From contig CM119374.1 in assembly GCA_051294905.1 (NCBI GenBank), forward strand, positions 1,736,001 through 1,800,000: 64,000 nt of DNA, given 5' to 3'. The stretch is from Botryllus schlosseri. Lineage: Eukaryota. Shown piece by piece: positions 1 to 13,700 of this stretch. Within the stretch, counting starts at the first letter, position 1. Every line of letters starts with the position of its first letter. The position numbers and the translations under genes are program-made. The notes under the pieces were generated by a model. The model ran no database searches, had not been told where the DNA came from, and saw nothing but the letters and a program-made list of their open reading frames with translations.

Positions 1-891
1 TATATCCATTTCGCCAAGTTTTTTCGTGTACCTTACTCTCTGCCTGAAGCCTGACGAACCACCAATTCAAATCCAAACTGAAATCGAGCGTGCTCTACCG
101 TGACGAAGGTTGTGACCCCTCTGCGTCACAGGGAAATATGTATATTTCATTGAAATATTACCCTTAAACTTAGTGTTGGGTCAAGTGAGTAATATTATTT
201 TACATATACCGTGATTTAATGTGATCTCCAAACGTAGCGATGGTTTATGAATGCAAAATTGATGATAAATTACCAAGTATAAATTTTTTGAAAATAAGCC
301 GCAGTGACGAAGTGTTACATGTAAACGGAGAAATACGCAGAAGCGTTGCGACGATAATGGCCCAATGCGTTTATATGCCCAAAAAGTGTGTCTGTACGCA
401 GAAAAAAGTGTTATGAAGTGTTCAATACGACCTTGCGGATTTACAGTGTAGTTTACAGCAGGGGTGGGCAAACTGCGGCCCGCGGGCCGCATGCGGCCCT
501 CCACACCGTTCTGTGCTTCCCGCGAGAGTCTAAAGAAAATTATTAAAAATATTGATAAAATGCGTACTAAAAATCGAAATAATGCTCGGACTTGACTAAA
601 TTTTTCTAAGTATATTTCACCATGATCATTCTAAGGCTGTGGTTCTCAAACTAGGGACGTACCCCCCCCCCCCCCGGAGGGTGGTGAAAGCATCTGAAGA
701 TGGGCGCGAAGCTAAGCTCAACTGAAAAAAAATTATCGAAGAATATGCTCAGTAGTTATGTAGCACTATGTTGGTCATATATTCAAGAAACAGCTTATGT
801 TATGACTCGTAAACTAGTGATATGATATAGGAGCTATTTAGTTATTTATTTTCCTTATATTCGTTTAGCGTCTGATCGAGTTTGTCTAGAA

Positions 892-1194
892 CAGGGGTCT
901 CAAACTTAAATTCGCTCCCGGATCGATTTCCAAGTTTTTGATGACGCCGCGGGCCGCAGCATCAATAATAGGTTAATTCAACGTCTATCCTAAGAGGCAT
1001 AGTAGGTTTTATTTGACGGGACCTTGCATAATGACATTCCACGCCCATCATGAAATATGGTTTGCTGTGTAGCAATTCACGACTGGCACGAAGGAATCGC
1101 ATTTTGAAATATTTGGTGTAAAATTATTGTTGTGCCTGCTTTCTACGCGTGCCACACAAAATGTTCTCGCGGGCTGTGTGTTTAAGACCCCTGT
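892..1194. mobile_element. hAT (Charlie-type) MITE
   Basis: Terminal inverted repeats caggggtctcaaac / gtttaagacccctg with nTCTAnAn-like flanks; ends approximate. Confidence 0.6.
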
Positions 1195-1555
1195 TCTACA
1201 ACCGACACTTGATGGGAGAGTGCCTGAATTTATACAATCAAATCTTATCAATGCTTGAAAAAACATAATCATTTTTAGTGACCGATAAATTTCGTCGCAG
1301 TAGAATCAAAGTGACTTATGTCGAGTTTTCAAATTTTGATGGTCCATGTTTAAACTTGAAAACATCAAGTTTTTGAAAAATTTACAACATTTTCGGCCTT
1401 ATCTGTTTCGTTAATTGAAAGTTAATCAGGGCCAATATATGGCTGAAAGAACATGAAAACTTGCCGCAAAGTCAATTCTCTCAAAATGTGTAATATGGGC
1501 ATAAGTCACTTTGATTCCATTGCGACGATTTATTCTACCCATATATTCTACTCAG

Positions 1556-1765
1556 CTGTGATATGCGACGACGCTCCGTATATTCACAATGGAGTCGTTA
1601 CTCCTGGGTGCCCGGGAGGCAGTATTTCGGGTACTCTATGTGACATCGGATGCAATGAGGGATATTATGTTGGCGGCAATGCAAAAGCAATATGTGTTGA
1701 CTCTGATCCGGCAAACGGAAGCAATACCGATGGAGTATGGGACTACGGGTCTACTAACTGTGCAA
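1556..1765 (+). CDS. Gene 1 exon: Sushi/CCP domain (6-Cys type)
   Basis: ctcag acceptor, gtaagt donor, phase 1-1, 210 nt; VICDDAPYIHNG...CPGGSISGTLCDIGCNEGYYVGGNAKAICVDSDPANGSNTDGVWDYGSTNC. Confidence 0.92.
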
Positions 1766-4700
1766 GTAAGTCAACTCGGTTACTATAGCATTGAAGTCGA
1801 AGCGGCTCTAAGCGGACCGCTATTTAGCTCGTTTAGACCCGCTTTCGATTATGTTGTTGTTGATTATTATTTGATTGGCGATTATAACGCAAGTGGTTTT
1901 GTTCGCCATATCAAAAAAGTTATTTATCATCTAGGGGTGGGTATTGCATTACAAAATATAAACTCAAATATATGGCTTTGTTGCGAGAGAACGAATTCCA
2001 CAACGTATGGAAAAATATGCGTGTCAGTCAAAAAGTTTGTTACGGTGGGAGCGATATTCTTCCTCCGACATGTGTCCTCGAGAACTCTTCTCTGGTGTCT
2101 ATAATTTCGACACGTCAATAAATAATGGGCAACACTCTATTGGCGGCACGTTGATCAATTGGCTGAATCTGCTATTCCAAATTTGAATAGATGTGCTTGT
2201 AGTCAACTATGTCCGATTTGTAGTCGGAACATAATCGCCTGATACCTTCTCGGTAGTCCATTCACGTCTGCTCTGTGGTAGACGGTTGGAAAACATTCCT
2301 TATATCAGGGGTCACCAACCCGGTACCCGCGGGCACCAGGTAGCCCGCGAGGACTAGATGAGTAGCCCGCGAGCCCATTCTAAAAATATGTGGAATAGCA
2401 GCATTTACCAATATTCGTCAGATTATTACCAGTGAGCTTTTAAATATATAGATTGATTGATTCAGCTATTCTTGTTTAAAACACACTAACATGTAACTTA
2501 CATATATAAACACTTGAAAATATCTTCAATTACAATTAGTAATATACCGGTATAGATGTTTGTGATAGAATCACCAGAAATTCAAGATACGGCGCATTGC
2601 CTATACAGGCGACATGACGGAATGCCGTTCACGGTCTTCTTGAAATGGTGGGGGGTTCCGTTACGATAGCTTGACGACCAGGACAATGCCAAAGTAGTAA
2701 AAAATATTACTATTCGGAGTCAGATAGCCGTGAGGTACTAGCAGATTTCAATATCTGTATGCCCATTACGTATTGCATCTTTTGGCACAACTTGTTTCTG
2801 TTACGCTCAACGCAGTTTAATATACCATGTTTCTAACTTTCTGTAATCGTTGCTGGTGTCCGGTATAATGAAATCTTGTCATTTCTGGATGTTGAACAGT
2901 TGGAGATTGAAATTGTAACACTGCAAAATGACCCCCACCTCAGTCTGCAGCAAACGTTTGGTGCATTGTTGATACGGAAAAGTACAGTGCTGTATGCGCA
3001 GCAGATATGAAGGTTGCAAGCGTCTATGGTTCAACTTATCGTTGTGAATCAGCCTTTTCGGACACGAACTTCATCAAAAACAAACACAAAACACGCTTAA
3101 TTAATGCACATCTGGAACACTCACTAAGAATTGCAGTGTCAAGTTGAGTACCAGAGTATAGCGCACTAGTTGATATCATACAATGCCAGGCTTCCCACTG
3201 ACTGCTATAGAAACATATGACATGATGTCCAGTCCCGCCCAGTGCTATAAATATCAAAGCGGAAATTCAGTGTGTCACGGGTAAATGGCGGGAGTAAATA
3301 GTAGCCCGCCGCCTCAATCATCACGCAAAAGTAGCCCTCGGTTGCAAAAAGGTTGGTGACCCCTGCCATATATTGTTGTGACTTATCCGATTGCGAATAG
3401 CGGTTATTCCATAGTTCGATGCACGCCTTCCGACGCGAAGCAGCGATGTCTCGTACGAAAGGTTTGAATTCAGTCGTTTGCGCAGTGGCTTGACTCGCTC
3501 GTCTGGCCAATTCATCTGCCTTTTCATTCCCGGGGATTTGATAATGACCAGGTATCCAAACAATAGCAATCTCGTATCCTGCCTCCGATATCCGATGGAT
3601 CGTCTGTAAAATTGGTGCGATGAGGTGATGTGATCGCCCATAAATATTGTCAATCGCTTGAATTGCGCTCAAGCAGTCGATTATGAATACTATACGCGAT
3701 CTACGAATATATAACGGAACTGCCTCTATCAATGGAGCAGCATGAAATATCCAAACACAGCCTCAACAATAACGTCTTATCCCGTCATTTTCCCGACACA
3801 ATCAGATAGAGATTAAACAACACAACACACCCCATGTAGTGCACTGTAAACGAAAATGGTGTGTTTTCGCAATTCACACCCTAGCTTAGGTTGTATTTTG
3901 AGCCATCACACCTATTGGGTACTAAATTTGTCATTTACACCTCAGCTATTGGTGGAAATAAGCCGAATACACCCCTATACACACATACCATAAAATACAC
4001 ACCCCAAGCATTGGCATTTGGGGTGAATTGTTAGAGATTACACCTTTTGTCAGACAGATATGAAGTTTGGGATTCAATCCGCGCTAAGCGCTTCCCCAAA
4101 ACTTGACTGTTGAAGTTTTAAGTCTGTGTCGGTCAGAAGCCTGGTTAAACAGGCAGGGGTGCGGCAAGTCTGCATTCTTGTTAAAAATTCAGTCGGATCA
4201 CTGTACTGATCACTGTATGGACACTTGAGAACTTCTCTGCTGTGTCTAACTGTAGGTCGTGTAGGATATATTTTCGTTGGGGTTGAATTATCCACCGAAA
4301 TGCGTGTTTTCGCCCACTTTATTGTTGTATTGTTCAGTTTTTATCGATTTAACCCGGTTCGATCAAGTAAATTCGCCTACGCATATAGCTTCAGTGACAA
4401 ATAAGCATTCGTTGTATTAGTTCATGTGCTACATGGACATTAATGAATAATAGCTAAGACCGCAATATCATATTGTAATTCACATTTATCGTACACTGTG
4501 GTACTCGTGCTTTGGCTGAAATTTCACCCTGGCTAATAGAGTGTGACCGATGTATCTCAAGTGTGTGGCAAAAATACGACACATTATGAAGTTGCCACGC
4601 TATTGGTTTATAATTTCTTTCATGCCACGTCAAATATCGGGCCTATTCCGCACGGCGGCCCATTAGTGTATAACCACAGTATAATGCAGGTTAAGGGTAT

Positions 4701-7700
4701 TTAGAGCTGGGAATACTAGAAGGAGTTAAATTTCAGCCACAAACTTACGTGAGCAGTGCGCAATATGGGCGTTTAAAGAATTCAAATTAGAATGGGACAC
4801 GAGGTTACGTCACGGAACAATCATTTTCCTGGTTATTTTCATATCTATATTGTTGTGTTATTCACTATTTGGTAGCTTTATGAATTGCACACTGAGCCTA
4901 ACCGACAATTCGCATACAGATTTCGGATCGTATCAATGGTTCGATCTATGAAGATAAATCTAGTACTGCAAGACTTTTTTCAGCTTATTATGATGTAATC
5001 TGCAGCTTCACAGCTATCAAATCCATATTTCCGATAAATTAATTATAGTATACATACAGATATGCCAGAGATCCCTAACTTCGATACCGTGATAGGTATT
5101 GCATTGTCACATCATAATCGAACATACTAACCGTCGTCACCAGAACAGCTGCTGCTATGTTTCGCTACAGCTATGTAAAATGTTTCGTTATATGCCGTAT
5201 TTCCGCGCTTACGAGACCAGACTGGCTATCGAGTGACCGTATTGGCGTATTAGTTGTCGTGAATCGGCGAAGAAAGCCTCTTTCGAGATTGAAAATATCT
5301 GGATGGTGAGTTACATTTCGTATCGGTACTATAGTACGGTAGTAAAGAACATTTGTTACGTTGCGTTTCCGGTACAGATCCAATTCCTGGTATTCAGTGT
5401 CGCAGCTCTACTGAACAGAATTATCTGTAGCAAGTTGGAATTTTTAACGTACCGCTAGTGACGATACATTGAATTCACATACATTGTTGTATCACCAGTA
5501 CCGATACCAATATCCAAGACACAATACCGTTGCTCAATGGCTCCAATGGAGATACTGTTGACAGGTCCAGCATCAGCTATGATTATAAACTACGGTAATT
5601 TGGGTTTGAGCAACATCGCTTGTATAAGTGCATTGAAAAAAAATTCGATTCGATTGTCGTTATATACCGTACCGTAAGTATTATGCTTACCAAAGCACAT
5701 CACCTGTTTAAGTGTAAAGGGCAGGGGTAGCCTACCACCGACTATGCAGAGTTATGTTATAAGCCTATCACCCTTTCATTATCACTGAGCTATATAAACA
5801 TTATATGTTATGTTATGGTAGGAAGGTAAACACATTCTTTATTCTACTTCAGACTTAGTCGAATATCGCAAATTTGTGGCTCTTGAAGAATGAAATTATC
5901 GATTTCTCCTCATGAGAAAACACGTGTAACATACAAACAGCAAAGGGTTGAAGCATATGAAGCAATGGTATCTGAGGTGAGCAATGGACATTTGATGATA
6001 GCTTTCGATTCCCATAAATTGGGGCCAGTAAATGTGATATTATGACACGGGTGAAAATATGACGATGCTATATTGCTATCACTAGGAATATGATATACTT
6101 GACTAGGAACAGGCTTGCCTTATTGAACATATTTTGCAGTGACCCCCTCAGACTATCTGCTAAGAGTATGTGACCCATCAACCAGACCACTTCTTTTGAA
6201 ACTACTTCTCTGAGTTCTGTTCATATATTTATTTTTATTTGAAGCAGTTTGACATGGATTTGACATAGCCACGTCTATATACTTGTCATTGAGTCGAAAT
6301 TTACACCTATTGCTTGAGTAGCAATGCGCACTACTGCGGTCAACTCGGTGTGCAACTGTACACGGATTAGCTTGGTCTTCAATGTTTTTACCAATATGAA
6401 GAGGCAAACATAGCCTTGCCAAAGTTTATTAAACTGTCCTTTTGATCAATGTAAACAAATCCGAATATATGCACTTCTTGACTCATGATATGACATACAC
6501 ACGATCTGTGCATATGCACAAATCTGCTTCTTGTTAGATTCAAGGACTGATTGCTATTAGTGGCAGACTCTTACTCTGTGAATGTGATATCAAATATGTT
6601 GTTGGTGAGTAATATACTATGCGTACGAGAGTTGCAAAATTGTATTTTATCTCGCTTATTTACAAGCATAAAGCAAGTCAAGGCTACAACATCAGTACAA
6701 ATTGTCTTGGGCGTTTCGAATCCAATCCAAATTGTCAACTATGCCTCATGGTTATTTTTTCCATTTTTGGCTGCTGCTATACAAGCTAATATAGGGAATT
6801 TCAGCCAAATCTACGTCACATTTAACGGTAGAAGTGTATGCTGCAAAACAGTAAAGGATCGTTATCAAACAGCTCATATTCAAAGGTAATCATTATCATC
6901 CAGCTAATTTGCTAATTTCGAAGACAAGTCAACGTTTTCTAATCAAAACACACTCAGATATGTATCTGTGGCGTGGTTGTAACCAAGTCACGAGGCTCCG
7001 AGTACTAAGTCAATCTCACTTATATAGTTTTGACTCGAGACACGTTGAGTCGTTTTCCTTCGACCACCGAGTCAAGTCCGAGTCCAGGTCAGCGAACAGA
7101 GGGTCGAGTCCGAGTCATGGTATTATGACTCGAGCCCAAGTCATTGTGTTGACTGATCAGTTTCCAGTTGAAATCTTGTTAAATCCATTTTTATAACTCT
7201 GTTTGGTGATTTGATATCGAATGGATCGCATTTATAAATATACTAATTTTCCTCACTGGTCGAATTTTTAAGTACCAGTACCAATAGGCGTAATCCAAAT
7301 AGTGTGGTTACTTTACTATTCTCCGAAATTTCAATGAAATGTAGGTCTTGGTCGTCTGAATCTTGAGTCATATGACTTGGTTCGAGTCATGCGCAATGAC
7401 TCGAGTCCAAGTCGAGTCAATACACTGATTGACTCGAGTCGAATCATTTCCATATTTTGAGAAAATGACTCGAGTCAAGTCAAGTCATCAGAAAATCGTG
7501 ACTCGAGTCGGAGTCGAGTCATGACTCGAGTCAGCACAACCCTGATTTGTGGTCCCTTTGAATCCATTCTGAAAGTCAATATTGCCTAAAGAGGAAACGC
7601 TTCAAACGTGTTTTGAATCAATATTAAATTCATATAAGAGTCTCTTGCATACATGCATCTCTTTCTCTGATTTTCTCTAAATTTTAGAGACCGCATGCAG

Positions 7701-10700
7701 CATGAGCAAGATTATATCACAGGAATTAACCAAGTTTAGGAGTATGCTGCTAAAACTGAAAGACTTGTTATCAAGCCAGCAGGTATTACAACTTTGTTAA
7801 CGACACCTGATGTCAACTTTCGTAGTCGCATATATGAGGTAAACCAAACAGAGATGGTCAAAGTTACCAGCGTTGCTACTCAAGTCGATGTAGAAATACC
7901 GCCGTCAATTTATACTCGATTACAAGTAGATGCAACAGTTCCCAATACAAGTCAAAACTACGTCAAGTAGAAGTAGAATACGAAATGTCGGAAAAATAGA
8001 CAAGTATGGTAAGCACTAAGCAGTTTTTCGGAGGTTTCTACTTTGAAATTTGCGATATGAATCTTCGCGTGTAATATAAAATTACTAATGGCATATCACA
8101 CTACTACACTACACACAAAAAGAATCTTCAAAAATATACCGTATTCAGTTATTCCTGATACAGGCGGTGTTGCCAGACTTGGACAACTATAGATATTCTA
8201 GTTGTCTAATTATACAAATTGAAGCTATTCTAATTTGTGAAATGTTTCTATGCTCTAATTCCAATTCTAATCGAATGTATGAAATCTTTCTATGGTCTAA
8301 TCCAGGGGTTGTCAACCCGCGGCCCGCAGACGTTTATTTTGCGGCCCGCGACACCTTACATTATGAAAGCAATTATTACTGACACGGAATTGTTACATAT
8401 TGATTTATCTGCATAGTTCTCTTATCGCACCGTCTCTGTTTCGTCTGAATACTCATATTTGATGTGTTCTGTTTTCTTGATGTATGCTCGAGTGTATATT
8501 GTTATTGTTTTAAATCTGTATTCGGTTGGACTCTAGTTAAAGAGAATCCCGCTGCGTAGTACATTTTTAAAGAGTGTTTAACTCACCGCGAATGCTTTGA
8601 ACAGAAACAAGAACAAGGAATGGGAAATGAAACAGCGAAAACTGGGTTTGTAACTTTGCGTGAAACAATAACTTTCCTTTCTCAGATATAAATGGAATAC
8701 CGATATGTCATATTTGTCGAAAAACAGTATTCTTAAGTCGTAACGAAGCGTAGAAGCTTAAAATGATGCCACGAGAGTTTCGTCTGGAGTTATATACACA
8801 TCGCCTGATCTTAGGAAAAACGTTGCTATCCAGCAATCCATATTTCCAGGCATTGTAAAATTGCCTACACATCGTTCAAAATTGATGGAAATATCGCTAA
8901 ACCCATATTTCAGATTCCCTGAACATCCCCTGATATTTTCGAAGCCACATTTCAGATTCAATCGTGACCAAAAGAGTAACAGCAATGTCAGTAGATCTTT
9001 TATCGTATATTCTGAAACGCGTTTCCTCGTAGACTAATTTATTCTAGCATTGGTCGAATTCCCCGACTCTACGGACATTACATAGGTAATTATCTGGATG
9101 CCTTTTATCAGAGTGGACATATTTGTAGAAGAAAATGCTGGCTGGGCAAACATATAGGAGGGGGGCCAGCGTGAAACATCAACTTGACAAAGCTAACTTC
9201 TGTAACTAATGGAGCAGGGCCCCTGTCATGCAATGAAAGGAGAAGGGTTAATCGGTTTACTCAGATGTGACCCCGAACGCCAGACTTCTCATATCACTGA
9301 GAGCTCAAAGTGATATTGGTCACTGTAACAAAAAAAATTACCGTACTTTTATACTTGCTCGCTCACGCCTTGAAACGCAGAGTTCGGTTCTCTGGTGAAA
9401 GGGTTTCATATGTGTATATACCGGCCCGTATACGACTGGTATATAGGCTGCAGTAGCCTATATTTCATAGTAACCCACAAATACATGGTAATAATGTTCT
9501 GCGGCCCGCAGCTTCTTTTGCTGTTGAAATGCGGCCCGTTATGCAAGGGAAGTTGAGAACCCCTGGTCTAATCTAATGTCTGGTTTTCCTGGAAATGCTA
9601 CAGGAGAACTGTATAGTGCGAAACAAGCCAAGCTTGCTGTACAGTAGGGTGTTAAAAATACCTTTTTATTCTCAAATTCTACTGGCTACTTCATAAAAAT
9701 TCTTAGATTACCGAATTGAAGCCTACACACCAAATTTGGTTCAATTCCAACCAGTAGCCGCATTGCTACAGGAGAAGAATTTTTTTTTATTTATTACTAA
9801 TTTTTAAATAATAAATAAAACAATTAACAATTTTATCAAGTAGCCAATAGAATTTGAAAGAAAAAGTCATTTTTGGACAACTCTACTATACAGTATTCAG
9901 ACATTTGCTATTCTCATGCTCATAAGATGAACTATGATTTGATATATTACCGGAGTTTGATTCAACTTTTCGCGATTTCAGTGATTCTAGTTCTAATCTG
10001 ATTTGAAAAAAACAGTTAGAATTATAATCTTAATCTAATTTCAAACTGTGTAGCTATAATTTTAATTCTACTCTAATTTGAAAAAATAGTTGTAGTTGTG
10101 TTTAGTTCCAATCTAATTTGGAAAAAAGGGAACGTTTTCTAGTTGTCCAAGTCTGCCTGTGACATGTGGTTTTCATCAAAACTATCCATAAATTTCCATC
10201 TTTTCGATACCTAATTGCCCACACATACAGTGATCGTGTGTGAATATGTTTCCTATAGCGGTAAGTTCACCCTATCGGGCCACAGTCTGTGCTACAATGC
10301 CTTAGCAAGTGAAACATCTTATTTTTTGTGAAACATCTCATTTTCTGTAATTACTTTGTGAAAATATATATACTTCGTAACGGCTTCTATTTTTGTGGTC
10401 TTTCGTTAAGTTATCAATCTTCCAGTTTATGCATGTTAGCATATGTGCCTGTTAATTGGGTTGTGAATATGCATTTTGATGCATATGTGCCTGTTAATTG
10501 GGTTGTGAATATGCATTTTGATTTCAGGATGATGCCACAAGTTCTTGCTGAAGATAGTGACTCAACCTTCGCCGAACAAGAGTGTTTTGCGGAAACCTGG
10601 AGGTGGCGACTTCCCAATATGACATGGGCAATGTTCTTCGAGCTGTCTTTTCAGTGAATTTTTTTCTCCGTCGCTGGGATCTCTGTTTTTGTTATTTCAC

Positions 10701-13700
10701 GAAATATGTTTCCATTTTATGTTATTATGGTTCAATTGATATCGAATATATGCAATCAAGAATGTTCATTTGCAATAGTGTGCCATTTGGAAGAAGATAC
10801 CGGATTTCAAGTAGGTGTATATATTGAAATTCCGCCCCTATCAATTCTACTGGCTAGGGTGGAATATCCGATGTACACCGCAAGGAATGGGGTGGATTCT
10901 GGTCATATACACCCGCAGGGTTACGTAAGTTCTGTTTTCGTGTACCACCTTTTGGGGTGTGTATAACCACTCTTTTCGCTAAGAGTGTGTGTAATAATTC
11001 TATAGTCTTAGCGTTTACTGGAAATAAGGGATCGTTTTTTGCGATCAAGTTAATTCAGTATCCCACTAAAATACTACACATGCCTTCAATGTTTTAAATA
11101 GTCTACATTATCTATCATTAAATTATGCTTCTATTGAGAAGTATTCGGTAGACTGTTATCCAAAGACACCTGATCATGACCCTTAATTCTAGCACGTCAT
11201 AGCCCCTATTACAATCACATCACATGCGATTTTACTTATGCAATAATTATTCTCAACTATAATAAGGAATGCACATTACCGAGAGGCGCGGATCGAGCTC
11301 GTAATATTTGTCAACCCAAATTGATATAGGTTCGAGTAGTCATATCGAAATTGACGTTTGGATGATTGTATGCCAACTTCTATACTCGGAAACATGATGA
11401 ATATGACAGGTTACAAATGCCAGCAACTACGATGACATACTTTTACTTTTCAAATGTCCATAATTCTTCTCGTCTTACTTTATAGGCGTGAAATGCCGTT
11501 CAGTGCCTCGTCTTCAGAACGGGAATTTTAGTTCTCCATGTTTTACTGTCGGAAATGATCACGGTGCCTCGTGCCAGATAACGTGCAACGACGGGTATAC
11601 CGTGAGTGGCATTGCTAGAGCGACATGTGTTGACCTGAATGTGGCAGACGACACCAACACCGACGGAGAGTGGTATTACGGAAATACAGCATGTAGACGT
11701 AAGATATGGCATGACATTGGCCTATTCCGTGCCACTCAACTGGATATACGCCTGAAAAATACATAGGGTTCATCACAGTATGTGAAGTAGGGTTATTCAG
11801 AATTGACCGACTTTCAAAAAGTCGTGGTTTTCAGTCTGATTCCCATGCCTTATACCATAAAAACATATTCTAGCTACTTTTTTCGTAATTCATCCCTTGA
11901 ATCCGCGTGCATGTTGAGCTGGAATAATATCGGCTAAAAATAGGGGATTTCCCGACAATTTGAGTATCACCATTCGAAGTAGGCTAGTAATCGTCATATA
12001 TTAGGGTTGCCATACGTCCGGAATTTCCCAGACATGCCTGGAATTTCACAGTTCAAACTTGCATGCCGATAGATTTTTTGAAATATGCCTAAATGTCCGG
12101 AATTTTGAAGGCTTGTCATAGTGTCATAATGTTTCCGTGAATCAACATAATACCATTGTTATTTTGGGAAATATATATGCCACATGATATTTTTCTTTCG
12201 CGATTCACTATCACGTTTATTACTTTTGATATGGGCACTACCAACCTCGCAAAAACTATAATTTAATATAAATAACCTTCATTTACTGAAATAAGCCTAA
12301 CCTTAATCGCAATTATAGGAGAACAGTATATTTCTAGAGATGGTTAAGGTGTTTAAATGCTTTATTTAAATATAGTGGTTCAAAACGTTGGTGTTGCCTT
12401 TATTCTGGGGTTCGTAATAATGTTGAACGTAATTCCCAAATAGCCCCTGAGTAAGTTTGGGCACAGGTCCCGACTTCTTTTAGTAATCAGCTCGTCAAAT
12501 GTTGATCGGGGCCACGGCAATGTTGCCTCTTAGCTGCGCACGTGCGGAATTGCGCAGTCCTGACACGGTCTCTGCGCACAAAAAATCCGGTGAGATGACC
12601 TTTTTTCTAGTAGTAACGCACTTTTGTTCAAGGGACCGCGCAGTGAGTTGGTGAGCGTACGCATACTCGTCAAAAATCTGTGGAAGCAACTGGATGTGTG
12701 GTTTTATGAAGCTCCGTGGTGCGCACCGAGGCTGATAAACAATCTTATCGGTGTGACATGAACATGACCTAATTTTGTACGATTACACTCCCTGTATTTT
12801 CGAAGTCACTATGCTCCACCATCTTTACCGCTAACTCTGATCATGTGGCGGAGAGAGGATCGAACTATATAGTAATATGGAAGAACCAATATTACTGACA
12901 GAATTAATTCAAATACTATAACGGCCAGATGCATATAGCAGGCCCCCCAGAAGTTGCATCGATGACCCTATGGTGGGCTCAAAATAATTGTTTATTTGGA
13001 CGACAGGGGGCTGAAAAATGTGGCTTCGGTACCTGTTACACAACACACAGCCACATACTCCTTAACCGTGTTCGCGACATCCTCTGGTCTATAAGAAAAG
13101 CTTTGTTAGTGTGACGTCATATTTGCAGACAATGTGCCCATAACTCATTTTGAATTTCACTAGTGGGTCCTAAAGTGTGTACGGAATTTGTGTCACAGAA
13201 ATATGATAACCCTATCATAAATAAGCTGGATTTATGCAGTTATTGCGGTTTGGAGTGCCACATAACCTCACTATCGACAGTATTGTCAGTTTAGGACACC
13301 ATTTTCATGTCCCACACTCCCTTAGAAATTCACAAAACTGCCCAAGACTGATAGCCATTTTGTTGGATTACATATCCTACACTCCTCAACCCTATACCCG
13401 AGATTCTGCATAAATTTCCGAGATCAACAATACAACTGTAAATGTATCATTCACTCATAGCCACATTATAAACATCACATTGTTTAAAGGAAATGAAACA
13501 ATGAAGCAAAGAAACAGATCTACTTGGCAAATACTACCTGAATCAGGTGGATGAAATGGTTGCTTTAGAGAAATCAGAATATCTGTTCAGGTGATCTTAC
13601 ACGGCTTCTAAGAGGCTCGCCCGCTCTTCTTTGTCATATGTTTTTAAAGCATCAAAGTCGGCATTCAATTTTACCACCAGCGCTCTGCTGCGTCGTTAAC

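Noticed and set aside
6975-7544. CRISPR-like array of palindromic GACTCGAGTC repeats (also 39485-40369, 46290-47442, 48764-49987)
   Set aside because: Repeats are 5-12 bp with irregular spacing, bounded by TIRs and 8-bp TSDs in a eukaryotic intron, with no cas genes: these are hAT subterminal repeats.
8760-9035. About 90-codon open frame on + strand as a host or nested-gene exon
   Set aside because: Lies inside the TSD-bounded MITE 8303-9565, which has a second copy at 53273.
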